Below are positions 38,797 through 52,545 of a stretch of 64,000 nucleotides of DNA, piece by piece. The first letter of the stretch is position 1. Each line of letters begins with the position of its first letter. This stretch comes from Euprymna scolopes (taxonomy: Eukaryota), in the NCBI GenBank assembly GCA_053919585.1, contig CM132786.1; one strand, written 5' to 3'. The translations under genes and the position numbers were made by a program. A model generated the notes under the pieces. It was given only the letters and a program-made list of their open reading frames with translations, was not told where the DNA came from and ran no database searches.

Positions 38797-38800
<4 letters not shown>
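36250..38800 (-). mobile_element. Near-full-length decayed Penelope-like element (RT + GIY-YIG)
   Basis: Minus-strand remnants: RPIISNIKEN, FAIVVP, DFRYIENILIFLP (YxDD-like), VKVHRK, AYIGES, RRLLES; hammerhead in the 3' region. Confidence 0.75.
36326..36367 (-). ncRNA. Minimal type I hammerhead of PLE (core mutation GAAA>GACA)
   Basis: aatc-CTGATGA-tGTCTCc-tgaaata-GGGGC-GACAC-GTT-gatt; stem I aatc/gatt. Confidence 0.65.
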
Positions 38801-38859
<59 letters not shown>

Positions 38860-40053
38860 ATGTGTGTGGGGGTTTGGTTTTGGTGTGTGTATGTGTACAT
38901 GTCTCATGTATATGCATATGAGATGTAGAGGAAAATTAACGCAACTAATTTGAAATATAAAAAATAAACACCATATTATTTAGATTATCATCAAGATTTC
39001 GTGTTTATTTAAAGATTTATTCAGAATGATAGATTTTACAAAGTAAAATATAAATGCAGAATTTGTAAATATTTTTTGTGTTGGTGATCTGAAAAGAATA
39101 TTTGTATTCTGTATCTGAACGATCAATAGCAGTAAGAATTTCTAATGTATGGTGCGATTTTGACGGGACAATATTTTTCCAACCGAACCATTGTTGTTAG
39201 ACTTCAAAGTTTGTTAGGTTTTTAAAATAAAATACTTTTTTTTAGAAAATTGATTTAGTTTATTATCTTCAATGTTCATATATACATACATTGTTTTTCC
39301 GAAGATCAGAAAAAATCGGTACCGTCGATTTCAAATTAAAACACATTTGTCCTGTATTTCATCGCCTATATTTGAGATTTTAAGGCTTTGTTCGTCGGTT
39401 TCAAGTCCTGCGAAAAGGTTCTCTAGTGAGTCGGTTATGTTGGAATGTTTTGTCAGCTTCCGTTTAGAAATATAAGTCAAAAATGCTCAAACATAACTAT
39501 AAGTGTTACTGTGTTACCGAAGCAACTGATTTCATGCTGATATTCATAAACTCACCGACACACACACACACACAAACACACACTAAAATATACTAAAGAT
39601 AACTATAATATAATATAAGCTTCTTTTAGAAAGTAAAATCAATCCCTGTTTAGGGAATAAAAAATGGCCTATGTCGGTTTGTATTGCATTTTTGCCGATT
39701 TGGCTCTTATATATATCGACCAGCATTGTCAATTCTTACCCTGATCATTATCCAAGAATGAAAATAACTATATAAGTATAACGATAATTGTTTATATCTA
39801 TTTAAATATATGTATATTTTAAACGGCTATAAACAGATGAGTAACAGTGGGAAAGAGCTAGATATGAGAATCTAAAATGGTTTTCTATTGTCAGCTCTTA
39901 AACTGACGGTTCCGATGACTTACCTCATTAAAACTTTCTGAAAACTTTCTGAAAATAAAAATATGAATAATACGCTCTTAATATTACATTGTTAACCTAA
40001 TAATAGAGCTATCTGGTATAAACCTTTTTTTACAAAATATAATTAAATATATA

Positions 40054-40845
40054 TCTATATATCTATAAAACTGAAATTGTCTGTGTGTGTGTGTGTACAT
40101 TTCAATACCAAACTACTCTGCCAATTTTCAGTCTACTAACTCGAGATTTGATATAAGGGGTATTGAGATTTGAGAAAAATCTATTTAATCGGTTGTCAAA
40201 TGGGTCAAAGTTGAACGATTTGACCATTGTAAACTCTACATATCTCCTTTGCCAATTTTGTGTCTAAACACTTGAGATTTAAGATGTAGGTTACTTGGAC
40301 CAAACGTTTTAATTTGATTTAAGCCCAAAACAATAAATAGTAATGGGTCGAAATTGGGGTCAAGGTAAAAAAAATGTTCATCTCTGCGGTTTCTACCAAA
40401 TAACTCAGCAGATTTTTGGTCTTAACATTTGAAATTTTACATAAAGTCTAGTCAAACATAGAGAAAGCTTGGTACTTGGTTTTGGCTCGTGACTTGGCTG
40501 CTAAAGAGGCCAAACTTCAAAACAGTTGACCTTTGCTATCACTAGATAACTATTCAGCTAATTTTGCGTCTTAACGTTTCACATTTTACATAAAGGCTAT
40601 TCAGACATGCAGCGAGCTTTTCAATAAGATTTTTGGGCGGAAAATTGGCTACAACAAAGTCCAAATTGAAGGAGTTGAGCTTTGCAGACTCTATCGAACT
40701 CCTCTGCCAATTTTGGGCATAAAGACTTGAACTTTTAGATGTAGGTTATGTGAACATGAGTCAAACTTTGAAAAACATATATATATATGCACATAAAAAT
40801 ATGATTAGCATATCGGGTTCGACTAAAGCCGAGATGAAGTGTTAG
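40054..40845 (+). mobile_element. Non-autonomous Helitron-like element
   Basis: 5' A|TCTATATATCTATAAAACTGAA plus (TG)n; 3' hairpin tcgg..ccga then TTAG|T; body homologous to 57722-58599 (minus). Confidence 0.65.
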
Positions 40846-40887
40846 TATATATTATATATATATATATATATATAATATATATATATG

Positions 40888-40927
<40 letters not shown>

Positions 40928-41859
40928 TTGTGTAACTTGCGACGCTGTTTAACTATGGAAATAACTATATCGTCTCTCACATTTTTTAAATTCTAATAAA
41001 AAGTNNNNNNNNNNNNNNNNNNNNNNNNNNNNNNNNNNNNNNNNNNNNNNNNNNNNNNNNNNNNNNNNNNNNNNNNNNNNNNNNNNNNNNNNNNNNNNNN
41101 NNNNNNNNNNNNNNNNNNNNNNNNNNNNNNNNNNNNNNNNNNNNNNNNNNNNNNNNNNNNNNNNNNNNAGAAAAATGGGGTAATTTTTATGAGAAATTCT
41201 TCAGTTTGAAAGTTCAACGTAAAATATAAGCAAAAATGGGGAAAAATAAACAAACCTAACATTTACATCATTTCATATTAAAATTCATTTCATGTTACAA
41301 AAATCCGTAAGATTCATCTGAGTAATTTAATTAATTCTTGGTAAAAAGAAATAAATTATAATGAGAAGCGTCGAAAATGTTGTCTTGATTTTTTCAATTA
41401 TTTTTTTTAATTTATATACCTATATACCCACATACAAAGACCCATATTTATACACACACACATATATATGTTTTTGTGGGTGCGTGCGTGCGTGTGTGTA
41501 AGTGTACATGGGGAAACGCGCAGTGTGTACATGTGTGTGTTCTATAATCCGATGGATATCTAATATTTTGATGAAACGCTTAATGTCTATTTGCATGTCT
41601 GCCTTAAACTTTTAAGAGAGGCGACGGATGTCACCAAAATCAGTATCGTTTAAAAGTTTAACGTTTCATACGAAAAATATCGAAAAATTGGCTACAAACA
41701 TTAATATCTTCTCCTTCAACTAGGCGCTTTTCTACAGGGGGGGCACTTTTTTCGCCGATATTTTTTTAAGTTATCCTCTCCTTTAGATTGTCTAGCCTTA
41801 ATTTTTAAAAATGTCGCTTCTGGTTTGGCGGTGGTCGTATAGCATAAGCGTTAAGACCA

Positions 41860-42149
41860 ATTTTTTTTAACTTTGACCCCTATTATGAACCCTTAAACCT
41901 TATGGTTTTGGGCTCAAATAAAGTTATTAAGTTAGATCCATGTCCAAGGAACCTAGATCCAAAATTTTAAGTACCTAGGCCCAAAATTTTCGGAGGAGTT
42001 TGGTAGCGTTCTCAAAGGTCAAATCGTTGAACTTTGACTCCTTAATCGACTAATTTTCTGGCCAAAAAACAATCACATCGAGTCTCTCAAATCTCAGAAG
42101 GCTGTATATGAAATTTAGAGTCTGTAGACTAAAAATTGACAGAGTTATT
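41860..42149 (-). mobile_element. Helitron-like element fragment (same family as 57722-58599)
   Basis: Shared tcaaaggtcaa..gttgaactttgac..caaatctcag..tgtagactaaaaattg.cagagttatt. Confidence 0.65.
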
Positions 42150-42287
42150 NNNNNNNNNNNNNNNNNNNNNNNNNNNNNNNNNNNNNNNNNNNNNNNNNNN
42201 NNNNNNNNNNNNNNNNNNNNNNNNNNNNNNNNNNNNNNNNNNNNNNNNNNNNNNNNNNNNNNNNNNNNNNNNNNNNNNNNNNNNNNN

Positions 42288-42520
42288 GTAAATTTCTAAA
42301 ATGTTCTGATGTGTAGTGTTTCTGTGTACTTTGAACATTAGATACATTTTAAGTAAAGCGCTGTGACATGGATTAAATGTATTAATTGTCATCTCTATTT
42401 GCAGACGGGTTTTGTTTCTCATCACAGGGTATGTGGTAAGAAAAGCATGATATCTGAGAATAAGGTTCATGGGTGATGCCACCTATATTTTTCCCCATTT
42501 GAGTGGGTCAGGGAGAATTG
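42288..42520 (-). mobile_element. Penelope-like RT remnant
   Basis: tgttctgatgtgtagt.tttctgtgtacttt.aacattagat is shared with 37212-37251; LMFKVHRNTTH. Confidence 0.55.
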
Positions 42521-43344
42521 AAAATTGCATTGTCATAATGATGAACTTATGAATTCATAACCTGAAAATTTGTTGCAGATATTGAAGGTGTGAGAATCTA
42601 AGAATGCAACGCTGGGCATTAGACAAACAAGCAGAGATTTGCAAAAGTATGCCAGACAAAACTGCGTTAAGAATGGCGCTGATTGTGTAGAACAATAAAT
42701 TCTAAAGCACACAAGGTCGCTCGTTTTAACGGAACTACTCCTGTTTTAGTCGCTTTGGAAATTTTGGAGGAAAAAAAAGGAGGCTTTGTTTTTTTAAGTA
42801 CCCTCATATTAGAATAGAAAATCTTCCGAGATAAAGAAATCTCTACGGTGAGAGATATGATTTGTCGGCTGAGGCGACATGATTTTATTTGAAGAAGTAC
42901 AAGTGAAGGGAATACATCGGATCACATTCCGCGGAAATATTTACAAAAGAAGCACATGGATGCAATGAATTAATCATGTGGTTGATGTAGAAGCAAGTGC
43001 AGATGTTGGTAAAAATATTCGTAAGTCATTTCTTTGTTTCTTAATTATAAGTACAACTTTTGTATTGTTTTTTTTTTTTCAGTTATCAAACATGATCTAA
43101 GGGAAGAAATAAACTAATGACATATTTTACATTCAACCTTCATAATTAGGGAAAACACATAGATATATCATGCACAAAACAATAATTGTCATCAAGGAAA
43201 TAAGTCGGATTTCTAAATTACTTTGGTCCTTGTTGCTAAAAGTTTAGAACAAGATGGATGAAAATCATATTCCCGTTTCACACCTAAAAAACGGATTTCT
43301 GAAAAATATCATTAACAATTTTATTTCCGGGGAAGAACAGTATT

Positions 43345-43908
43345 TTCATTCATATCTAACACCCGAAAGTATCATGTGCGTCTATACAGACACCATTCGC
43401 CCATGCATCGAGTATTGTTGTCATATTTGGTCTGGTGCATATGCTACTAGTCTCTCGCTCCTAGTCAAGGTTCAAAAGAGAGTCACTAATCTGATAGGCC
43501 CTAAACTGACATCTAAGCTTCATTCTTTGTCCCATCGACGAAATGTTGCATCCCTCTGCCTGTTCTACAAGTATTATAATGGTGAATGCTCTGACGAACT
43601 GCAAGCACTTTTTCTCCACGACGTAAACACGCTTGAAAAACCCGACAGGCAGCTAACACAGTAGAGCTCCCTAGATGTAAATGAGCTTTTCCTCCAGTAG
43701 TGTCTTCCCCAGAACCGCTAGAGTTTGGAATTCCCTTCCGGGTCCCTACTTCTCCAACTGTACTGGCATGAAAAAGTTCAAATGTAACGTGAACCGACAG
43801 CTTGCTGCCCAACTCCCTACATAGTTCCCCAGTAGTTGTTGCCCCTGATAGTAGCCCCTATAGCAAAGTGGTAATGTACCTTGTTTGGGGGGAAAATGTA
43901 AAAAAAAA
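43345..43908 (+). mobile_element. CR1-like LINE 3' fragment (second subfamily)
   Basis: IRPCIEYCCHIWSGA..VQKRVTNLIG..LSHRRNVASLCLFYKYYNGECSDEL; A-tail at about 43900. Confidence 0.85.
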
Positions 43909-46109
43909 CATATCATTAGCTGCTACAACACGTGTTACTAAAACACGCTAGTACATACTTGCCTATCGAGTGGTTCTAAGTATGCAAACGTATATATTAA
44001 TAAAACTTCAGTTGCTTTATACTTCGCATGAGAAAAATATTTGTGAAATTTCGTGAGAAAAAATACTTGGATAAAAGAGTACCTCCGATTAATGTATTTA
44101 CGTATTGTTCTTATTCGACAAGAACATTATAAATTATGTTTTAGATCAAAAGTAATGTCGAATACTATTTTCATTACGTTTTAAAGATTACCAAACAATG
44201 TCACTTAATTTAAAGAAATATTTCCTTTAGGTGTTTATGTGTCACCCTAAAACATTTTTCTAAGTTATAAAACTCATAAAGTAAGATATCATACCGAATT
44301 ACGTGATATCTGAATTGCGTTATTAAGATCGTAATAATTACTAGCTTAGTAATGTGTGCAGTACACCCCCGGGATACGGTGGCCCTGCGATACTTTTTTT
44401 TAGATTACAATGTGGAATGCGATGTTTTCCAACCCCTGGTTACGTATTTGCCCCGCCTCACTGTATTATTCGTAATGTTATTTGATTATATACATGTGCT
44501 TTATATACTGTACTGTATTTTGTTATGGAATTTAATGACGTATCCCAAAGGTTCTACTCTAATATATATTTTTCTCAACATATCATATGTTTCTATATAT
44601 TCCCAACCAATTACATGTTTCTATATATTCTAAACCAATTACACGTCTCTCTCGCCCTCTTTATATGTATATATATATATATGATGTGTATGACACGTTT
44701 TTCTTGACACTGCAAGTAAACCTCAATTCAGCATACGATAAAAAAGAGTGCACCTGCGTGGCAAGTTAGGTTTAAAGCATAGAATGTGGAATAATAAACC
44801 GCATGTCTCCTGGGTTGACACTGCTTGATTTCTCTGACAATGAAAACTTCAGTACGAATGGAAAAACACTGTGATGAGATGAGAACGTTCACAAATACAT
44901 GATTAAATATGACCAAATAATAAACCATTTCATTGCTGACCAGGCACAGCATTGCTCAACTAAAATAATCTAACGAGCAGCATTGTATCTAGATGATAAT
45001 GCCCTATAACATAACTAAAATGAAATGTCATTTTGAAAATCTGTCATGGAAAAGCTGAAATAATCAATATAAGGCAACATGAAACCGCCGAAACATATTT
45101 TTTTCATTGAATGTTTCAATATAAATTGCTTGATGAAATATACTGTGTTCTTCAAAAGTCTTACAAATTATTTCCTTTCTAAATTTAATTCAACTTTCGA
45201 ANNNNNNNNNNNNNNNNNNNNNNNNNNNNNNNNNNNNNNNNNNNNNNNNNNNNNNNNNNNNNNNNNNNNNNNNNNNNNNNNNNNNNNNNNNNNNNNNNNN
45301 NNNNNNNNNNNNNNNNNNNNNNNNNNNNNNNNNNNNNNNNNNNNNNNNNNNNNNNNNNNNNNNNNNNNNNNNNNCGCGTGTATCTTCTCTGTGTCAAATT
45401 GAGCTCGGTAGAAATAGCGGTGCATATTTCTCCATTTCACGTAATCCAGGAAATGAAATACGTCTTACCTGGTATCAGTGGGAAACGAATACGTGATCTG
45501 ACTGCATTCCTATGAAACAAGATACCGGAGATCAAGAAAGATTTATGGATTTCGCATTATGCCAGAACGATCAAGCGGGCGATGCTTCTATTGAATTGCG
45601 GCCGTCTATATAAAATATGGAATTGAGAAAGACAAGAATAAATAATTTATCGAAAATATGACTAGAAATATAACGGTGACACAGCTTTCAAACTAATATT
45701 TAAATTTCAAAGGAACATATAAACATTTCACCTTTGAGAAAAAAATATTAAAAGGTGACTTTCGTATTATACCCCAGTCAATGCTTCTTTTCATACGTAT
45801 ATCTTTAAAGTAACATACTTGCAATTTCATTTCAACGTTGCTTACCAACTTACACGCATATTTCATAAACCGACATCGTCTGATCGACAAATATGAACAG
45901 AAATAAATAATGATATATCTGGTGCCGTTAGGGTAAAAAAAAGTAAAAACTTTACCTATTCAAAAAAGAACCATTTCACCATAAAATAAGACGTAATAAA
46001 TATTATTCTCTCTTTGTTAAATTAAAGATCATGTTCGTCTTGCCAATTGCCAATAGAATTTTTGTATTTTTCTGTCACCTTTGAAAAATAGCTTTGTAGC
46101 ATATATAAT

Positions 46110-46560
46110 CTTCAATCAAGAGCTTTATGTATGCCGCCACGACGTATAAAAATCGTAGTACCCCTTCTGAAACCAAGCTTGGGCCTCTTTGGACAGGAAA
46201 GGTGGCGCCGCATTCTGCTGCCACACACTGAGTCTGCTAGATGTCACCTGAAGATAAACATTCTGTTCAGCATATCCAGGTACCCTTTGGTGCTGATATT
46301 CAAGCCGACCTCGAAGATGTGAGAGGGCATGATGTGACTCTGACTTGAAACCTCAGCAAAAGCCATAAACATGGCCGAAAATTTCGTTTTCATCACTTTG
46401 GACAGGCCCTTGTCATTTGTGGCAATCCAGCAATGCATTTTTAGGGTGCTGGTAATGGTCCTGTTTTCATAACTTGGATCGGTAGAAAACATGAGTTGTA
46501 CAGCGGCGCATCTTTTACCCCGCTTGTTGAACATTGTGTCACTTTTAAATAAGATATAAG
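46110..46560 (-). mobile_element. Tc1/mariner (maT/DD37D-like) transposase fragment
   Basis: VMKTKFSAMFMAFAEVSSQSHIMPSHIFEVGLNISTKGYLDML, then WQQNAAP..AQAWF. Confidence 0.7.
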
Positions 46561-47580
46561 CTGCTTCCGCTATTGGGATGTGTGCACAATTGGCCAGCTA
46601 TTAGATTGATTACAAAAAAAAAAAAAAAAAAAAAGCAGAAAAAAAAACGGTTTTCATCAAACGCAAATGGATTTATGTCGTTTTTTCTAGGGCGATAATG
46701 TTATGATTTTTTCCACCCGTTAGCATAGGGTAGCTTTGAAATGAAATAAGTTTCTGCGAGACCTTGAGACCCTTTGCGTGCGTTTCTATCATATATCACA
46801 ATCAAGCACGATTTAAACAGAAAGTAGTACATAAGCTTAATCAATGGAAAATAATTTAACTTGAAAATCGTCAATGTTTCCTTGTTCATATATGTGCTGA
46901 TTCTGATAAGCATCAAGAGAAGACCGTCACCCGTGACCTGCAAACAAGCAGTATAACATGATATGAACTAAGGAAGATTTAATTAGTTATCTCTTGTAAA
47001 TCTAATAGATATCTGCCTATCTGTCTGTTCGAGTGACTTATCTATTTCTGTCTTTTTCTTTTCACTTTTTTCCATCTCTTTCCTCTATTGTTTTATGCGT
47101 TTATTTTCGACTCCCATCGACTGACTGTTTTATGCGTTTATTTTCGACTCCCATTTTTCTTTCTCTTTCATAAATAAGTTTTGTCTAGTGCTTATATTAC
47201 TTTGCTCTTTTTCTCCTTGGTCGATCTCCTTTTCACTCTGTTTCTTGCTCTCTATCTATCTATTTATCTACCCATCTCTTTCTCTCTCTCTTTCGCTATC
47301 TATATACCTATCTGTATCTCTCTCTTTCTCTCTTTCTGTCTCTGTCCCTCTCGCTCGTTTTTCACAATTATCAGTCTCTTCTCTCTCGTTTTTATTATGC
47401 TTATTTTTATTACTTATTTTCTCGGTGTGTTTAACCGTGGCTACCGTAAAATGATGGCCTAGCGACGACTATAATTTAGTCTGGGGACGTCAAGAACATC
47501 AGTCTGTTTAAATTTGGTCACGTGTCTCATGACTAACCGGCAGTTGATATAAAGTTTTGGAGGGTTGAATAAATTTAAAC

Positions 47581-50500
47581 ATGCCGTCGAGATGTATAGT
47601 TTCAAAATGCCGAGGTTACTACGAAAATGGGTCAAAAGTTACCGTGTTGTCATTTCCCCCCCAAAAAGGAAATAATTTACCAGTGGATTAACGCAATAAA
47701 AAGAAAGGATTTTACTCCATCTAAATATAGCAGAGTAAGTGTTAAAATGTTTGAGATATTTAAACAAACAAACAAAAACCTTTTATTTTATTTTTATTTA
47801 TTTATTTTTTAGAACGTATTTTTTAAATAAAAATGAAAGCGTGTATATAAAAATGAATTTCACATATAATTTAAGTTATGTGCTGAAATAATAAGTTATT
47901 ATTTATAAACTTATTTCAAATGGGGAGTATGGTGAAAATATTATGTACTTTCACCTAACAATTTAATAAAAGCGATATCGTAAAAACGGAATTCCGTGTT
48001 TACATAATTCTAAATAAGAAAAATCATTTATCTTTTTAGTTCAACTATTTTACTGTGCAATATTTATATCAGCGTGAAATAAATTAAACTTCTTTTTTAA
48101 ATTTATGACCATTTTTGTTATCCCAAAAAACTTATTAATAATTATTTGTGGTAAAGGCCGTGGCCCTGTAGGTGTCAGAATTTTGGAGAATATACTTCCA
48201 AAATAAACTATGATTTTTATTTTAAAAAAGTGTTTAAAAAATGTCGGCAATAAAAAAAATAATATTTAGATTATTTTTTTAAAAAATTTAATAGTTTATT
48301 TTGCAAGTATATTCCATAAAAAAAATAAACCACCCACTTTAAACGGAGAAATTACGAGTTTTGTATATGTTATTCGTAGTTTTGTGTTAGGGTTGTCAAA
48401 AATTTCCCCCAAATTCTGATACTGCTAGTAGCGCTGTAAACTAAAATAACGTTTAAAATTACGGCAAACGAGTAGTTTCCAACATATGAAGAAATGTTAG
48501 TTTTAAAAAATGGGGGATCACTTTTCTATAAAAAGTTAAGGTAAAATGAGCACCCACTTAATGGCCATCGTTTTTTTTTTTTTTAGTGCGCTTTCTTTTT
48601 AACAAATAAAAGCGAAGAAAAATGAGTATGGCTACCTTTATGTTAGGGGTTGGGAGACAACGTACAATGAACACAGTTTAACGTAAAATGAGCACACCCT
48701 TTCAAAAAGTGTAAACAGAATTTTTGTCGGGGAGAGTGGGTCAACGGTAGGTGCTCATTTTACGTTTACTTGTGCTCATTCCTACATCAAAGAGGCACTT
48801 CGCTTTGTGTGAGGTGAAAATGTAATTTTTTTTAAAAAATTACTCGTTGCCCATGTAAAAAAACTGGCCATAAAGTGGGTGCTCGTTTTAGGTTAAATTA
48901 TCCCTCCTTTTTTAACTAACATCTCTTTATATCTTGGAAACTACTAGTTTGTCGTAATTTTAAACGTTATTTTCGTTTTTCGCGCCCCCGAAAACCCAGA
49001 AAAGTTGTAATTTAAAATGATTTTTCGAAGGTGGACTAATTCTGCACATTTACCTTTTTTTTTATTTTATCGTTTTTTTGTCATGTATTTTTTTATTGTT
49101 GTATTGAGTCAAACATGGTACGGTTTTCTTTTAAATTATTTCTTTAGGTATGTGAACTTCATTTTCGACCTGAAGACATACAGCGAGAGGCATCAGTATT
49201 TGATGAAAGGACAGGAAAGACAATTAGTGTTAAATTAAAAAATCCCTATCTTAAGGATGGTGCTATTCCTAAAATATTGCCAAACTGTCCCTCTTATTTA
49301 TCGTCAACAACCACTTTTATAGAGTCTCCTAACGCAAAGAAAATGCGTTTAGAAAATTCTGCTCTTAAGCGTGCATTATGTGAAAGTGTTGCTGACGAGT
49401 TACAGTTACAGAAACGTATAACTTTCCATAATATTGATGATTTAGAAAAAAATGAACGTTTATAGATAAAAATTATTGGATTTCTATTAGGCAAGACAGT
49501 ACCATCATTGTATTCCATATAAAGAGATGCCAATGCCCAAAAATAAAAATGTATATGATGATATGATGATTGAACCGGACTTGGCCGTTAGAGTATTCTG
49601 TAGTGATGTGGAAATGAGTGCTGTAGGGGAGTATAGAATTCCTAAACATGTAACAGAGGAAAATACTCCGCAGATTTTCATGGAAAACATGAAAAAAATG
49701 GACATCGAAGAACAGAAAATGCAAACTTCTAATATAAGTTCTTTATTAAAATTAATCTTATCATTTTTGCTATTAGTGCAAGATGAATCATTTAAATATT
49801 TTAATGTCATTAAGTTCATATATGAACAAATTAACATAATGACAAGGAATAAGGTTAATCATTCGAGTGAAATGATGGTATTTTCTTCCTTATTATATAA
49901 CTGCTCCCCTAGAGGGTACAGATTGTTAAGAGACACTAAAAATGTAATTTTACCATGCTATGCAACCATTCGAAGATAACCCTTATCAACTTCTATGAAT
50001 CCTGTCATTGAACAACACGATTACAATTTTCTCATGTATATTAAAGTAAGTTCAAGTTACTAATGCAGAATGACATCACAGTATCTTTACTTGTCGATGA
50101 AATACATCTCACACCTTAACAACAGCAATGAACCTGCCACAATTACATTTTCTTTTATGCTTAGCAGTGAATTCTCAGAATATAAGGATGTTGTGCATGT
50201 TATGCAAACTAAATGTCTTCTAGCTGAGAACTTATTTGACATAATTAAACGTGTAATAATTGGCTTAGAAGATATAGGGTTTAAGGTATTATCGGTTATA
50301 ACAGATAATAATGCCATAAATAAAAAAGCTATGTCTTTCTTTTGTAGCCCGTCAAAGCTTTCAATTGTGTATCCCCATCCAGTTAGAACGTCTAGCCTTA
50401 TTTTCTTCTTATACTCAGTGCATATATTAAATGTATTAGAAACAATTGGCTTTGCCAAAAAGATGAACGTAAATGCATGATGTTCCCAAAGTTTTGTTAT

Positions 50501-51780
50501 AATGGAAATTATTAATTAGATAACATCCAAAGTGCTCCATTTTCTAGTTTACATAAAATTTATGCCCTAGCATCTCAATCACTTGTGAAATATTGCTATA
50601 AGTTGACTTCAAAAGCTCTTTTTCCGACTACTTTTGAAAGGCAAAATGTAAATTTGGTTTTGCAAATTTTCAACAAATATAATATTCAAGGTTTCCTGAC
50701 CTTAGGAAAACAGGAATGCTTGCCAAATTATGCAGAAATCTCAGAATACATTCACATATTTTATATTTGGTGGACAATACTGAATGTGAAAACGCCATAT
50801 AAAGGTTGTTGACTTCGTAATAAATATGCTAATCCACTTACATTAAATAGTGATAATTATAGTTTACTAAATGTGTTCTGTGACTGGTTAGAAACTTTGA
50901 ATAGCATTCCTGGAAGAACTGATAATTTAACAAAGGAAACATATACTGCTTTGCACCATACTACTTACGCAATTTTAGAATTGACTAAATCTTGTATTAA
51001 TGTAATGAACATGGTGTATATATTACCAGAAAAGTTTCAGACAAATAACCTTGAGGTAAGGTTTGGCCAGTATCGACAAATTAGTGGATATCAGTATAAT
51101 ATATCGATACGTTAGATGTATGAATGTGAGAAAAAGCTCAGAATGTTGTCAGTTTTTAAATTGAGCTTACCAATAAATAATCGAACTATTGAATTGAAAA
51201 ATGTAAAAGAAACTAACTGGGATGAAATGACAAGGGAGCAAGAGTTACATGTTTATAAATTTAACATAGATGTAACAGAAGATGATGTTAATCAATGCAA
51301 GTAAGTTATTTCTGTTTTATTATACTTAGCAGGTTATTGCTCTCATGCAGTTTAAAAAAAAACTGAAATTCAATAGCAGCAAAAATTAAATATCCAGGAG
51401 AGACACTGTTGAAGAAATAGCTGAATTAAACAGCTAATTTCAGGGTATTAACAGAGGTTATCGGCTATACCCAAATGATATAACTAATAATTTTATCTCA
51501 TATAATTATATAGTTATAAACAAACTTACAAAATGCGATTCTTTTGTACATTCGATTCATCAGAGAAAATTAGCCATGTACATAACTTTCAATATTTTGG
51601 TTGATCAAAATCGATTATTTCATGTTTACACTTGTGATGAGGGTCACACTATTCAGCAAATTGAAAGAAATGCTGCTATAGAGTTCATCGAATTCCCTTA
51701 GAAACAATTTTTGTCGCAATGAGAATGACAATATTAGTAAAAAGAATATCAGAAAAAGAAAAAGTCAAACTTTTAATTAA
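47581..51780 (+). pseudogene. THAP-domain P-element-type transposase pseudogene with one intron (47735-49147)
   Basis: Exon 1 MPSRCIVSKC..FPPKK..WINAIKR..KYSR|gtaagt; tttag|VCELHF..GAIPKIL (phase 0). Catalytic-region motifs LLVDEIHL, VITDNNAINKK, SVHIL, FERQNVNLVLQIF, FQTNNLEVRFGQYRQ; multiple stops and frameshifts. Confidence 0.88.
48443..48973. mobile_element. MITE-like long inverted repeat inside the transposase intron
   Basis: aaaataacgtttaaaattacggcaaacgagtagtttccaa..gagcacccactt is mirrored by aagtgggtgctc..ttggaaactactagtttgtcgtaattttaaacgttatttt. Confidence 0.7.
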
Positions 51781-52496
51781 ATTCTACAACAGATTTTTGA
51801 AAAATTTTAATATTCAATGTTTGAAATATTTCTGCCTTAGTAATTTTGTTTATACTAACATTCATTTGAATTTAATTTTTAACTTATTGTTTGTTATTCA
51901 GTTAAACTAATTTATTGTTCGAAGTATAAATGTTTAACCAATTTACTGTTCGTTTTTCAGTTAAACTAATTTATTGTTCGTATTTCAGTTAAACTAATTA
52001 TTCGTTTGTTTTTTCAGTTTTGATTTTTAAAATATTTTGTTTTATTTTAAAAATATTTATTGTTCTTTTTTATATATTTCTATTGAATAAACGTCTGTTT
52101 CATACAAATCAAATTGTATTCTTTTTTAAACAAATTTTTAACAACTTTTCTCCCTTTCAATTCGTTTTTTATTATTAATATTTTTATTATTAATATTGGA
52201 TGAGTTTCAATACAAAGAATCATGTTTATCTTTTTTAATCCAATTTTGAAGTTTTCTTACGCTTTCTGTAAAAAATGTCTGCTCATTATCGAGAGTCTGT
52301 GTTTCACTTATCTTGCGTGCTAGGCCCTATGGCGATGACGTCATTTTTCAGCTGGTAGGCCATCTATGACGATGGTCCCGGTTTAACTCTCCTAAACATT
52401 CCAATATTCTTCATCTCTAATACCTTTCTTCTTCTTCCCTATAATTCTGTATTGCTCTGTCTATGTCTATGTCTGTCTGTCTGTCTGTCTGTCTGT

Positions 52497-52545
<49 letters not shown>

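Larger units (their letters stand above)
47425..52391 (+). mobile_element. P-element superfamily (THAP-transposase) transposon, decayed
   Basis: Imperfect TIRs gtgtgtttaaccg..gatggccta / taggccatc..cggtttaactctc enclosing a THAP-transposase pseudogene; no clear TSD. Confidence 0.8.

Noticed and set aside
51895-51998. Repeats ttcagttaaactaatttattgttcg (CRISPR-like spacing?)
   Set aside because: Simple degenerate tandem repeat in the transposon 3' region; no unique spacers, no cas genes, eukaryotic context.
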